Source: Setoptus koraiensis
Taxonomy: Eukaryota > Animalia > Arthropoda
Direction of reading: 5' to 3'
DNA: 63,832 nt
Assembly (NCBI GenBank): GCA_048013815.1
Contig: CM106586.1
Span: forward strand, 15,066,169-15,130,000
Shown here: piece by piece, positions 12,001 through 27,000 of the stretch
How the letters are laid out: every line of letters starts with the position of its first letter
Numbering within the stretch: position 1 is the stretch's first letter
Program-made: the position numbers and the translations under genes
Notes under the pieces: generated by a model
Told to the model about the DNA's origin: nothing
The model's input: only the letters and a program-made list of their open reading frames with translations
Database searches by the model: none

Positions 12001-15000
12001 GGTAGCACACAACCAATCATAGTCATCAGAGAGTGAGAGAAAGTTTCATTATGCTGACTCGCCATTATCATCATTGCGAGCCTCTTGCGGGCAAAGTTGA
12101 GCAATCATGTTGGCCCGACCACTTGAGTCTAGTTTGTGTGTGTGTCGAGTTTAGTTAATATCGGGTCATGTCAAGACGGCACTCGATAAATCTTTTTTTG
12201 CGCGTGTTGTTACATAACTGTTGTATTATACTGTTACATAACTGTAGTTGTTGTTGTTGTTGCATTTATGCCACAGTGTGCCATTGATTCTGTGCGCGAT
12301 TAATCTTGGTCGCGCGCGCACTGTGCATGTGTTTGTTGCGCGCCAGTGCGCGCGGCCCCCGTTGCAAGCTGCAACGACTCGCCGGCCCGGCCCCGCTCGG
12401 CAGGTCACTGCAGCAAACACTGTGCAACACTGCGCGCAACACTCGCGCAACCTGTGCCAGGTGCCCGCCGGCCAGGCAATAACCGCCCCTGACCGTTATA
12501 TAACTTGCGCCGTCATATAGCTCGTGCCGTCGTATAACTCACATCGTTGTAGCTCGCACCGTTATGAGTCGCCCATCGGAATGGCCGGATTTGGGCTACT
12601 GGAGCGACTAGACGACGAGCCGGGCCGGATTATGATGATGCTGGCAGATGTTGGACGGTGGCCCGGGCTACAGCGGCCAATGGCCTACAGCCCGTCCAGT
12701 GACCAGTTGGGGCCAGACAGTTGGCAGGGCCGACGGGGGCGCGCGAGACAGCGACAGCCAATGGAGCCTAACAAGTTAATTTGTTTATGTAGGCTCGGTG
12801 CTGTTAACAGGGCGCCCGGCGAGCATCATCACCTAGGGCCGTTCGCGACTTGCTCAGCAGCACTTGCACTTGGCGTGCTGGCGCGCGAAATGATAACTCC
12901 ATTAGGGGCGAACCTACGTAGCTCCATCATCATTATTCACTCATGATTTGATTGCTCATTCGTGTAGCTGGCTAGTGTTGCGGGGCGAGCGCACAAACGA
13001 TAGCGGCAATAATAACACACCGGCCCGTAGCTCATAACAATAACTAATGCCGCTAGAGGAGCGACTTTTATTTATCGCGGTGCCACCGATGCCAACGATG
13101 CCATTGTCGGCGGCTCGCAACATGCAGATTAGGGCCAGATAAGGGCTCGGGGCGGCTCGCGTGATTTCGGGCCGCCGCTCCGTTGCGATGCCTCATTTCG
13201 CTTTGTTTCGTTTGGTCTGGTTTTGTTTAGACATTCGATACGACTCGATTCGCCCTGATTCGTTTCGCTTGACTACAGCTCGCGCACAGGTTCGCCGCCG
13301 AGTCGCATTCTCTGGCCTCGACGTTCGCGCTCTCAACGCTCGGGCTTCCGACGCTCGCAGTCTCGACTATCGGAGTGCCGACGCCGCGAGTCGCCCGGCG
13401 CTCGCGGAGATTCGAGTTTTGCGAATTGCGAGACGCGCAAGATTGCGCCACGGCGACCCTGGGCCCCGCTGGCTGCGCAGCGGCCAGTTGTCATTGTACT
13501 GTGCGCCTCGTCGCGAGCCCGTTGCCTGTCGGAGTTCGCGTGCTCGTCGGAGTTCTCATTACTTGGCCCCAGTCAGTTGGCGCTGACTCGGCTAGAGCCG
13601 ACAATTGAAAATTTAGATAAAGCGCGCACAAAGGGCCGCTCCCCTTGCCAGTTTAATCTACTCAATCATCAGCGGGGCGATCACGACGACCAGATAAGAC
13701 GCTCGCTCGCTCGTCGTCAAATGGCAACAACGGCCGAGCGACCGGCGCAGATTCACGCGTGAACTGTGCGGTTTGTCGCATGTGGCAGCGTCCTTTTGTC
13801 GGATGCGCGACGACAACTCGTTCGCTGTGGCTGCAGTGCCAATAAAAAGAGGCCAAATCCACGCTGGCCCAAACGACGAGCTCCTCATGCGTCGTTGCAA
13901 ATCTGCATGAATCTTTATGACGCCTCGGCGCGACTACGCGAGCGTCGCGAGCGTCGCGACTGTGTGAACTGTGCGAATGTTGGCGAGCCGCAAACAATCG
14001 GCCCGCAACTGAAGATTAGATCAATTATTGCCTTGGCCAACTTGGCAACAGCAGCCAATAACGGCAAGCGCGGGCAACCGCGCCAAACTTTGCCCGAGCG
14101 ACCCGCAAAGTATTGTTGTGGGCGCTGTTGGCGCTGCGGTCGGCGCTGTGTCTGGCAAGCTAGCGCGCAAAAGTCATTGCAATCAGGATGTTATTATGTT
14201 CGCATTGTGCGCGGCGGCGAGAACACGACGACAGTCGCATAATGCGACACAACGACGCGCAATATCCGCGCGCCTTCCCACGCCGAGCTTCTGACGCGCG
14301 GCTTGTGACGTGGGGCGCCAGCCAGAAACGGGAGCGTTGCCCCCGCCGACCGCCATTGTTTAATGGCCATTGTCTAATTGCTACAGTGTGCGGCCCGATA
14401 TGAGTCCCGATTGCCAGTGTATCGACACGAACATGAACAGCCGGCTTGCGTTCACATGTCGGCGTGGGAGCGCAGCTGAGCGGGGCCATTTCGTTGCGCC
14501 GGGTCGAAAGGGGTGCCCGACGTTGGCCCGACGTTGGCCCGACGTTGGCCCGACGTTGGCCCGACGTTGGCCTGATCGCTGGCCCGATCGCGATGAAAGG
14601 GCCGCACCCTTTCGTCGCGACTCATCGCGAGTAGTGAAAGGGGCGCCCAGAGTCGCCCGCAAGTGGCGCTGCGGCTGCAAATTGATGGCGTCGATATTGG
14701 CGCCGCCGCCGCCGATGCGCTTTGTGTCGTTTGTGTTCGGATGCGAGCGCCGCGCCCGACCAACGTCCCCATATCCGGTGTGTGCGGCGCCGCAAGTTGA
14801 TCAGTGCGACCGACTAAATTGAAAATCGCTCCCCCCCAAAATCACTCCGCCGAAAGCGCTGCGCTAAAAGCGCTCCGGCCGACAAACAGGAAAGTGTCGC
14901 ATGAGGTCGCGCCAGCTTGCAGTGTCACAGCGGAGACCGTCGCCAGAGGAGACCGTCGGGCCGCGGTGACAGTGGCCCCGGCCGAACCCGTTACCGCTCC

Positions 15001-18000
15001 CATTGTGCGCCAACAACAGCACGGGCCACTGTGCAGCGACAACGCTGGCCATTGTGCGCCAACACTGGTCACTGTTAGGTAGCAACGCTGGCCGTTGTGC
15101 AGTGTCGCCGGCGCCCATTATGCGCCACTGGCCATTTGTTGTACCTGTCAATAGCTTGTTGTGCTGTTGCGCTAACCGCTGCATTGGCTCGGGCGCTGTT
15201 CGGCTGGTGCGCGCCCGACATTGGGCGCGAACAGGGGCGCCAGTTGGCGCGCACAACAATTAAGCGACCGCTCACTTCCGTCTTGCGAACGCCACAATAA
15301 CAAACCGTTGATTGTCCGTGGGTGCTCGTCTAGACGCCGGCGACTCTCGTGTGACGCTCACACGACTGTGAACACAACAACGCGACAACACGGCAACGCG
15401 ACAGCGCGACAACACGGCAACGCGACAGCGCGACAATGCGACAATGCGACAACACAAGAAATGTGTGACTTTAAACTTTCAACACGCCGCTATTGCGTCA
15501 TCACGTGTGTGACAACAACACGCGCTCGCTTGGTTGCGCCATCGTGTTGTTTGTTATTTTTGGCTCGGCTCAGCTCGGCTGCGCTGTAATTGTGTTATGT
15601 AACGTGCAACTTGTAAGACAACACTGGCGACCGTCACATGTGCTGTGTGTATGCGTTGCTGATAGCGACACTCGACACACCGGCACACAACTGTCAGATG
15701 TGGCCAGTGGCCCCACTCAGCGCGTTTGTGCCGGTTGTAAGTTACACTCACCGATTGGAAAAAAGCGCCAGGGGCGTTCGCATCGCGTTGCATGTTGCAA
15801 CAGAGAATCTCTCTTGAACCGGCTCTTGGAGCCGCTCGAATGGAGCGGGCGCGCGCGCGTCAATTTCGCTCTAGGGCTCTCATATCACGCCGCCAGCGTC
15901 GCCTGCCGGCACTGATTACACAAAGCTGTGGGGCGACTCTTGGCAATCGTTGCTTGCGACTCGCACGCTGCTGCATTGATGCAGATTTGGCGCCAAGATT
16001 ATAAAATAACAAACATTATGATTATAACAATTACGTAAGCGCTTGTGCGGGCGCCGCACCGTGCGCCATTGTGGCCATAGGCAGGCTAATATGTATGTTA
16101 ATATTGTAGTAGGCATATTATGTAATATTATGTATTGTTGTGTGGTCGGTGTTGTTACTGACAATGGCAATTGTCGAGCTGCGACCAGCGGACGCATCGA
16201 CAGCCATTGCGAACGTGCAAACAGGTGAGGCAACGTGCCGTTTGCCGGTGCCGACCGGTAGGCGACACGAACAAGCGGCCGCAGTGCAATAATGTGTAAT
16301 AAAGACAGCATTGCACTGTCAGTGTCGAGACTCTGTAGTACAGAGTCCGTAGTATAGAGACGGCATAAACAAACAAGCGCGACGAGCTGTCAGACGGCGC
16401 GCAGCGCGTTGCCACTGGCAACGCGCGTGCAATGTTATTGTGACTGTCATCTGACGACGACCTGTCAATAGAGCACAACATGCGTGTGTGTTGTTCTTTT
16501 CGAGCGTGTTCGTATATAATGTGTAAGTGACAGCGAGTCAGTGTCATTGTGAGTCTCACTGGCAGCTTGTAATTGTCGAGACTCGAGTGTGTGTAACAAG
16601 ATAGTTGCCATTGTTGCGCGGCTTGCAATCAGCTGACGGCGAGCGGTAAGTGGCAACAAGACACTACCTTAAGTTGTCACTCGCAAGTCACTGGCTTGTT
16701 AGTTGCCAGTGGCGCCCCCCGTGCAACAGCGACAACAGCGACAACAACAAAGGCGACAACAACAACGGCGACAACAACAACGGCGACAACAACAGCAGCG
16801 ACAGCGACAACACCGACAACCGTTTACGTGCCGCTCAACAGCTGACAGTAAATATTGCGGCCCGACGATGGTATCGTTATCGTCTCACAGTGTGAGACTC
16901 ACACACAAATTGTGAGTCACAATCATCGATTTGTCCCAGCGCCATATTTCACGACTGTTTCAGCGGGGCCCCAATCGGCGTCTGACAGTTGTGAGCTGAC
17001 AAGGCCGCGCGAGTTGTGACTTACAACGTGTGTACGCACTTGGCAAGTCAACAACTTGCCTTTTCCTCTGCCGAGACCAGATTGTCAACAACGCCCACGT
17101 TCAATTATGCAATCTTGCAATTATGGCGCGCCGCTCGCCAGGTAGCGCAACAAACTGACAACAAACTCAAATTGGCGATTGATTATTGATGACGAGTCGC
17201 CACCACACACACAAATTGTGTGACACAATCGTTGTTACGCGCAACTTGTGAGTCGCACAACTTGTCTAATACAAGTTGTATTACAAGTCTTGTAAGTGTC
17301 ACAAGTCGACACTGCTTCAGCAAGCTCGTAACAGGCCACTTACAAATTGTTAAATTGCACTTGACGCGCCTGTCGCCCATCACACACCCTTTTGACACTG
17401 GCCTGTGACGCAACTGCCTGCTACTGTCAACCGTCTCACGTTGCATAATAAACGATGAATGATGAATAATAAACAAAAATAATAATGACAAATGGAGAAA
17501 CAAAGAAATGGAGAGACGAGGAAACGAAGAAACGAAGAAACGAGGAAAAGAAGAAACGAAGAATCGGTCGTCATGGCGACGTGATCGCCGTCAGCGACAC
17601 ACCAACTCGATGATACGTGAACTATCAAGTGATACAGTCAAGTGATACGATGATGTCAAGCAGCTGATAGTTGATAGCTAATTCACGGGGTTGCACGGGC
17701 AAAATATTCATCGTCAGCAATGAGCATTATTTGCATATCGGCGGCACACGCACACGGCACACTGTGCATATTACACTGTACACATATATAATACGTGCCA
17801 AGCTAGCACGGTACTAGTATTAGCGGTGCGCAGCAAACAAATTGCATCTACGTAAATATGTTTTTATATTTATACCGCCGCGATGTATTACATCATCGCT
17901 ACTCGCTCATCGGCCGCCGGCATCCCGAGCAAGCAAACTAACGAGCCAACTCTTTCTGTTGCCGTCCCTCTCTCTCACTCGTGCGTCTTGTCTCACTTAT

Positions 18001-21000
18001 TGTCCTCATGTGTCTTGTGTGTTTGTATGGCGCGACACCGCGCGCATCGCCTCACGTCTGTCGATCATCCTTTTACGACTCTCAACTCAATTTATTTCAT
18101 TTCCGCCCCCCCCCGTGCGATATGACTTGGCCACCCGGCGACTTGGGTACCCTGGGCACACTACGGCGCGCGATACGGGCAATACCCAAAATGCGCGCGA
18201 TACGCAAATTGACGCAAAATACAAACAATGCGCGCGATACGGGCGCTGTGCAAAATACGGACAATGCGCGCGATACGGGCGCTGTGCAAAATACGGGCAC
18301 TGTGCAGAAGTTTGTACTGCACGAGGGTGACTATACACAAGAACTTATTTATATCATTCATAACGAACAATCTCATGTGGATAGTGTGGTACACGTACGT
18401 TGTTAGAACGCCCGAGCTTCTGGTCGCAAATCCGGTAAGTGCCATTGCGTGACACTCACACACTTATTGTCGCATTACGTCACGCATTATTGTTTAATAA
18501 TCATAATAATCATCATGGTTACATGTGTTACTAACTATTGCCACTGTTGCAACTATTAAAACTGGGCTGACTTGTCTTTTCTTCCACATTCCACATTCAA
18601 TTATGTTGTTTGCATCGTTTGTTGATTTACTCTGGCACTCGACGATTGCTCAATATTGTTGCCGGCTCGCCGCTCTGGCAACTGCACGCCTCGTTGCCAC
18701 TGCGACACTCGCATTTCTCAAAACTCTCAACACGCTCGGAACGCTCGGAACGCTCGGAACGCTCGGAACGCTCGGAACGCTCATAATGCTCATAATGCTC
18801 GGATCTCTCAAAACTCTCAACTCAAAACTCTCGAAATGCTCGAAACGTTCGAAATGCTCGAAACGCGCGAACGCTCGAAACGCCCGAACTGCTCAAATGG
18901 CTCAATGGGCTCGAATGGCTCGAATGGCTCCGTTCGACACTCAACACTCATCGGGCTCGACGCGAAACCTTGAACTCACTCCAACGATAACGCGCACTCA
19001 TTTCGGCGTGCCAATCAAAACTCAAACCTCCTCGAACCGGCCTTCCGGTGCGCCCGTGCACCAACCCTCAACGGCCCCATCGGCCCCATCGGCGCACACC
19101 GGGCCCCTCGGATATTGTACATGCTCGACCCGCCGGCGCTCATCACTCTGCGAATCGGCCCCCCGTGAATCGGCGCCCGCGAACACAAACCGACAACCCG
19201 CGAACACAAACCGACAACCCGCGCATACAAACCGATCAACGGGCGCCCACTAAATGGCTGTCGTTCACTAATCAGCTGGGCTGTCAACTGTGGCACATCC
19301 TATTGCACTATTTTCTCATCTCAAACTACTTTTGGATGTTCTGCGAGGGCCTCTATTTGCACACCCTGCTGGTGGTGGCGTTCGTCAGCGAAGACAAAAT
19401 ACTCAAGTGGTTCTATCTGTTGGGCTGGGCAATACCTGTGCCCATCACCATAGCGTACGCGTACAACCGGGCCCAGCATCAGGAGTTCACCCAATAGTAA
19501 GTAGGCTCACAATCAATTGAGTCCATCAATATTCCGCGCTCAATATTCCGCCTTCGATATTCCGCCTTCGATATTCAGCATTCGGCATTTGGCATTCAAA
19601 ATTCAAAATTCAATATTCATTTTGAGTGTTGAGTGTTGAGTGTTGAATTTTGAATTTTGATCGCTGATTCAGCGACGCTGAATATCGAATGAATCGGCCA
19701 ATTGGCCAATCGGATATTATTGTCATTGCGCAATAAATTATTATATAATCGCGCCATCAAGTTGTTGCGTCATGTTTGTTGCGTCATGTTTGTTGCGTAA
19801 TCTTGCTTACTTGTTAGTGTTGCTTGTTTACATCGCGCCGCCATAATATGCTGCTGCCAGTATGATTTGCGGCCCCCATGTATGACTGCACACCGTATAT
19901 GAGTGCACTCATATACGGTGATGCAGTATCAAGTGTTAAGCGCGTTCGCTTCGGTGCACTTGTCGCCTGTGCACCTTGCCGGCCGGTTGTCGGGCCGGTT
20001 GTCGCTGTCGTTGTCGGGCCGGTACTCGAGCACCGGCTGCCAAGTGTTGCGTAAGAAATTGTTTGACAAGTCGATAACGACTCATCTGACAATTGTGCGG
20101 TGACCTTCACGTGACGGCCGCACTTGTTAGTCGCTAACAGTCGGTCGCTAACAGTTAGTCACTAACAGTTATTGTGTGGCTGTTGCCGTGTCGAGCTTGC
20201 CGTGTCGAGCTTGCCGCGCTGGACGACAGGGGGCCAAGCGGGCACAAGCGGCAATGGGGTTCGGGGGCTGGGCCAGGGAACCAAAGAAGGCGCACCGAAA
20301 GAGTAAACAACAATTTAAACACATTGCCTGCTGGCCCCTGGTGTCATCGATCACAAGCGCTGCAACTGAAAAATTGACATATCTGGCAGCCATGACGCAA
20401 TACGTTTGTCGGGCCGGCCGAATGTTTGCATGGCTTGCGCAATGTTTATCTCTTCATCATCATGTTATCATTATTAACGGCAAACACACACTTGTCACTC
20501 TTTGGTTTGGCCGTCTTGCGTTATTATCTCACTGCACTATTATCTAACTGGCCTGTATTATTATCTAACTGCTGCATTATCATCCTCTAACCGCTCTCTA
20601 TTGTGTGCGCCATTGCGCAATGCCGCCGCGGCTATATATAACGCCGCAAACACACACACACACATATATATATATTATGTAATGCGCAACAACACAACGC
20701 CTGCCCACAAATCATCGGCGCGCTGGCCCCGTGGCGCCAATAACCGGCAACCGGCCACCGAAACGCGCGGCGCGCCACACCCGACCGGCCCGCCACACAC
20801 TCGGCGACACTCAGCTGCTGGATGGAGGAAAGTCCCTACAATCTCATACTGATGGCACCCATAGGGATATCGCTGCTGGTGAGTACATAAGCCGGGCTTG
20901 TGCCCGCATGTTTGCCCGGCCCGACCGAGGCACCGGCCCTGCCCAGCCGACTGGCGAGGCGCTGACACGAGCCGAGGCGCTGACACGAGCCGAGGCGCTG

Positions 21001-24000
21001 ACACGAGCCGGCTGCGCGTTTCAATTTGCGCAGCGGGCTCAATTTTCGGGGGAACGGAAATTTTGCGCCTAAAGGTAGTTCCTTGAAGCAACTGCCAGCT
21101 CGCACTATGACGTAATCATATCGCCCCCTCCCCTCCGCCCTGTTAGACACACATTTGGCAAGACATATTTGGCAAGACACATTTGGCGAGACAGATTGGC
21201 GCCGTTGAGGGGCGGCAGCGGCGGCCCTCAACACGGCGACAGAATCGTTTAAGGGGGCGCCCCCGGACTCGACAGGCGAGTGTCGCACCTGAGCGGCGCG
21301 CTTGGCAGCTCGCTGTCATGCGGGTGCTTCATTTGCTGATTGCGCGCCCTCTACGCGCGTCTAGACAGCGCACTGTATGACATAATAACATTCAACGGAG
21401 CTTGAGCCCGACGAGGCGCCAGCTTGACCTTGACAATATCCGTTCACGGTTTCTCGGGTGCCATTGTTGCGCTGCCGGCGTTTGGCTGCAACCGGCAGCT
21501 CGACACTCGCCGGCCGCTTGACACTCGCTGACAATCACGGCCGCTCCGCACTTCACACTGCGGGCATCTATCATTTTATGGCTGCCACGGGTATTGCGCC
21601 GGTTCGCTGCGCGTTGTTTGTCGGGCCGCCTAGCCCAAATTACGCGCTCGGCGGCGACGGCGGCGCGCCTCGTGCGCACAGGTGAGCCGCCGCCGCCGCT
21701 GCAAACGACCAGCCAAACGCAAATCACTTAGCTAATGCGAGCGGCGCGCTGCCACTTGGGAAATTTGCTTTTTTCGTCCGGCGCTCACTTGGCGCTCGCC
21801 GGGCTCTTCGGGCCAAGTGAGCGTCGGACGCAGAGAGCGAAGTGAGCGTCGGACGCGGGCGGCGCTCGCTGCGGGCCGCTGGCCGACACTTGACAGCGTC
21901 CCGCGCTGTTTGTGGGGCCCGAAGGGCGACCCGACAAACGGCGGCCCGACAAACAGCGAGCGGCTTACCGCGCTCATAAGCGCTGCTCAAATCAGTGCTG
22001 GCACCCGGTGCGGATAAGGCCGGCATAAGCCGCAAGCGGGCACGGCCATTGGCGGCTTTTCGGGGCTGTCGCAAACTGTTACGTGGCGCCGCCGCTACGT
22101 GTGACGCGCAAAAGTGGCGCGTGCTTGACGCGCGCGTATGAATGAATATTGACGTCACTCGCTCACAAGGCCGTACGGGCCCATAATTCTATTGTGCGAG
22201 CAATTTTAACTAATTACATTACGCGAAAATTACTTACTCTCGATCAGCTGGGCGCCGCTATTTTTCAGTTTTTAGTTTATTTTTTTCGCCATTTCAATTT
22301 GATTGCGGCACGCGCAAACACGCGCAAATATGCGCATATGCCGTAAGTTGGGGGCCCCAAGTGCATACACACTGTACCGATTACCGTCTGTAATTTGCAG
22401 ACCGTAATTCGTGCCGGCTTGCACAACGAGCCTCGTTTGCTCGTTGTGTGCCACTCACCTGAGCTGTGCCAGTGATCTCGAGTGGGGCCAAACTGACACG
22501 CTGCTTGCGATTCGACCGCAAAACCGACCTTGTCCGGCACAGTTTGTCGAGCGAGCCGGACAATTTGTTCGTCGGACTTTTTCGCGTCGGCCCGCAAACG
22601 TGTCGTGCACCCGTTCGATGCGCCCGTTCAGACTGGATATTTGACAAGAGGGGAGCCGATTGTGCTGTGTGGATGGCTCCATAAAAGCCGAACTTTTCCA
22701 TAGCGAAAGTTCGTTCGCTATGGAAAAGTTTTCGAAGCGCTTCGAGGCGAAAGGCGCAACTGATCCGACGGAATATCGCCCAATGCGAACGAGGAATCAT
22801 GCGAAATCTGTTGGCGGCTGACAGTCGGATGTCGAGTCGCTGGCATCGTCGTCTGGCCGCCTCGATATCTCGTTATATCTGATCGTATGATTCACATGAC
22901 CAACACAACGGCGATCGGGTCCCCTCGAACTCCGAAGACGAGTGTCGTTCATAACTCATACATTGCAAGCTGATGTCGACGCCGTTTCGTCACGCATTCC
23001 GAGCGGATATCCTCTGCGCCGCAGAGTCTGCGAGGGCCTCTTACAACCTCGTTAAAGAGAGGCTTCTCGGGAGGATATTTATCATTGCTTATCCGCTTGA
23101 GGAGCGGATGTTGAGTTGGCCGGCGATTAGGGCCGGCTGTTGGTTGCTGTTCGTTTGTCGGTGGGAAGCCACAGTTCTCGGATTGTTGCCCAAGAGCGCA
23201 AAACGCGTAAAATTGGCAAACTTTGCGCAAACTCGACTTGACGCGTTAGTGTTAGAACGACGAGATTAATTGTGAATCGAAGAGAACGATCGCCAATATC
23301 CGTTTGTGGATATTGACAAAATATAAGCCTTGTATCACAAGGTGACATTGTGAGTGTATGACGCTTCGTCCAATATGAAGTGACACAAAGGTCAGCGGCA
23401 ATTCGCTAGTAGCAATATCGGCCGTCGGCGCCAATATTGGCAACTTGCCAATGGCGAGACAATTTGCGTGATTTGTACGACATTTCATTACCAGGTATTA
23501 CCAGCCGCCGGCCACCATCAACCATATATGACACCTGAATATCAGCTCACTTACACACTGTCTGGGTGTGCTCGCCTTAATGGGGCGCCATAAAATGTGC
23601 GGGGCCCGCCATGAACGGCCGGCTCAACGGATGAGCGGGCCGGCGGGCCGAGCGGCGGCTCATCCGTCGAGCGGCGGGCTTGATTGACAACTAATGACCG
23701 TACTAGTGGCAGCGCCATCAATGGCGCTGCTATGATTACATAATAACGGCGCCATGTAATGCACACAAATATAATACGTCGTGTATGCCAACAACCGCGC
23801 CAACTACCGGACAAATAGCGAGCCGGTTAATGGCCCTGGCGACACAGACACGAAACGGCGCGCCGCCGACTAATGCCCGAGCCAGCGGCAAGTGCATTTG
23901 GCAAGCCAGCCGGCGACCGTTAGTTTATTAGTGGGGGGCGCGCGCGGTGCGGTATGCCAATTTGCAAGTTGCATAACTTAAGGGGCGCGCGCACTGGTGA

Positions 24001-27000
24001 TTACATGCCGGCACACTGACAAACTGAAACAACTGGCTGATTGTTGTTTGTTTGTCACTCAATATAGCGCACAAATCGAAGCCGGCACAATGAATCCGGG
24101 CCCCGCGCCCAGCCAGCGCCGCTAATGGAACCGGACAACACCAAGACAGCGGCGGATAAATAGATCAGTTTACACGTGAGCGAGCGTGTGCGTATCGTGT
24201 GTTTGCACTTGGCTCGGCTCGCCGGCCGACAGATCAGCGGCGAGCCCGGGTAAAAGCCGGCCGCTCTACCCGTGATAGGCCGCCGGGGCCCGGCCGCGCG
24301 GATCGCGCGGCTCGAGTGCAACTCGATTTGTCCGCGCGGCTGGCCGGCGAAACGGCGCGCCCAATCGCGCCGGCCAGCCGCGCTGGCCGGCCGAAGGGTC
24401 GCCAGCGGAAATGCTGCAGCGGTCGGCGGCGCCGCCGATGTACCAATTCGAACGAGTAATTAATGCAACGGCTTATTCACGCTCTAAGTGACTTGACGGA
24501 GTTTAGCCGGTGTCGGTGGTGCGCCGGCGGGCGCCGTTCGGGGCGCCAGCACCAGTGGGCAGCGCGGCGCGGCGCAGACGGGCAGGCACGATAGCCGGCG
24601 AGTATCATTTATAATATCGGTGCTGTTATTATAAATGTCATTACATTATTAGTTGCTATTTGAGTGATTACGGACATGGCATGCGGATATTGGCGCAATT
24701 GCACTCACTTGAATGCGCTTGCACTTTCACTTTTTGTTTAGTTAAAGCGGCCAAACATGCCGGACTGTGTCTATACATTTCGCCTGAAACAACTCGTGCG
24801 ATACGAGTGTCTGTATCGACAAAAATGCGCACGGGGCCCAGCCACTTGTGCATAGATGTTTGTATATTTTGTGTACACTTAAACGACGATATCGGCGATA
24901 TCAGCGATATCGGCGATATCGGCGGCAGCAACAACAACAAATACTAACTAACAAACAGAGAGAGAGAGCCGTTATTAATTATCTTTGATTAGCGCTGCTC
25001 CACTTTGGGGCCCCATTTAATTGACCGATCGGTTTGTCGCGAAATGTCAGCGAAATGGCGCTGTCATTACACGATCGGCGCCCCATATCCAGTGTCTGTG
25101 TCCGACTGTCCGCCCATCCGGGGCTTGACTCCGCGTATCCAGGGGCCCCGCGTTGGCACAGCGCTGGCACGGCGTTGGCACAGAGTGTCTCGCGAAACAT
25201 GCCAGACATTTCGGCGTCGTCGTCGTCGTCGAGTGACACGAGCAGCCATTGTGTAAATTGGAACACGAGCCAGCCAAGCGGACACATTAATAATGTTTGT
25301 GCCAACTCGTGATACGTCGCGCGACTTGACGGCTCGGCCGCTGTCAGCGGCCGCTCGCCCGTCGATAGTCCGCTCGCCCGTCGATAGTCCGCTCGCCCGT
25401 CGATAGTCCGCTCGCCCGTCGATATTCCGCTCGCCCATGTTCCGCTCGCCCGTCGATATTCCGCTCGCCCATGTTCCGCTCGCCCATGTTCCGCACGCGG
25501 ATATTCCGCTCGAGCGACCGATCCGCGGCCGGCCCCCGGCCAGCCGAGGCCCCACTGACAGGCTGTGAGCAGTGTCGCGCGGCCAGTTGAATTTGCATCT
25601 GGGCAACGTTCGGGCTGACTGTTCGAGCGTGAATCACCTATCAGGTTGCCCGCGGTGCAAGTTACAATTTGTGACCGTGTGGGGCGCCCGCGAAGGCGCA
25701 CAATAATGCGCACAATGAGCCCAATGAATTGACCACTTGATACCGCAAACACCGGTCGGCTTTGTGCGGATACTTTGTGCCCACAATTGGCCCATTTACC
25801 CGCTGGGCTGGCGCATCTGCATAGATCTCGGGCCCGGATAATTGGCGCGCGGCCCGTGTGGCGCCGTACGACGAAGCCGTCCAATTGTCGGGCTACAGTT
25901 TTTACACTGACAGTGAACTGTCCCGCCGCCGGTAATCAAACTGGCGCCCGTTGCGCAATAAAACAAAGTCGCCGTCAGTTTGTCGGCGCGTTGCAAATGT
26001 CAAAACATGCAACAACTAAGCGACGGGCACGCTTTTTCCGAGAGCAAAGGGCGCAATAAAATGGAAACGGCTTGAAAAGCACGAACATTGTTAGCGTTGT
26101 TTTGGCGGCGCTCGGTGTAACTAACAAACGTCAGCCCGACGTCGACCAGATTAAAGCGCAAATAGAGCGATCTAAACAGATTTAAAGCGTTCGAAGCAGC
26201 AGCCAACTGGGGCCCGTCGTTGTCGGCGCTTTTGCTGGAGCTCGTTTGAAAAAGTTAAAATTCGTGCTATTAGTTGAGTGAATGCAAATATACACGGCGC
26301 TCATTTGAACATTTCGGCAAACACTTCGGGGGGCTTGATGAATAATGCGCAAACAACTAGCGTAACAACAGAGACTTGTTTAGACAATATAAAACAACGT
26401 TTGTTCTTTTGTCACATAGTGTGCCGTTTTGCAATTACTTTTGTCCCGCTCGCTGGCGGGCCCCAGCTCAAACGCGGGCTCACAACATGATGAGACATCA
26501 ATTATTAACTAGGCCATCGCAGGCTGTCACGGGCGGGCATATATCGCGGGCCCCATGCAAATCGCTCATAATACCGAAATTGTCGTCAGTTGGCATGCAC
26601 GAAAGAGCCGCCGAGAAACGCACCGTTACGCAACTACTAACACAACAATACAAATTGCACAAAACAACCATCGTCCCATGTTACGTAACCAGTTTGGACA
26701 GGTAGCTCAAGGTTAGAGAGTCGCCCACGACAACGGATAAGTCTCTGTTAATAAGCTTACTGTTTGTGTCACAGTGTGTATTGCTTATATTAAAATAGAT
26801 GTTTGCCAGCAGTTGTCAATACAAATTCACGCCAAGACACAACAAAGACAATCCCGTTAGTTCGCGTCTCACCATCGCGCCTCACTGAACGGCACTGGAC
26901 AGTTTCGTGTGGGCGGCCGAAATCGGCTCTGTTTGTCGATAATTGGCTTTGTTTGGCATCGATGATTTTAAACTAATTTCAATTGATGCATACAGAAACT

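Noticed and set aside
20823-20838. ggaggaaagtccc, resembling the RNase P/MRP CR-I motif
   Set aside because: It lies inside GPCR exon 7 (codons for MEESP) and there is no CR-V partner.
14516-25505. Regular short repeats as a CRISPR-like array
   Set aside because: The units are directly adjacent with no unique spacers, there are no cas genes, and the context is eukaryotic. They are simple minisatellites.
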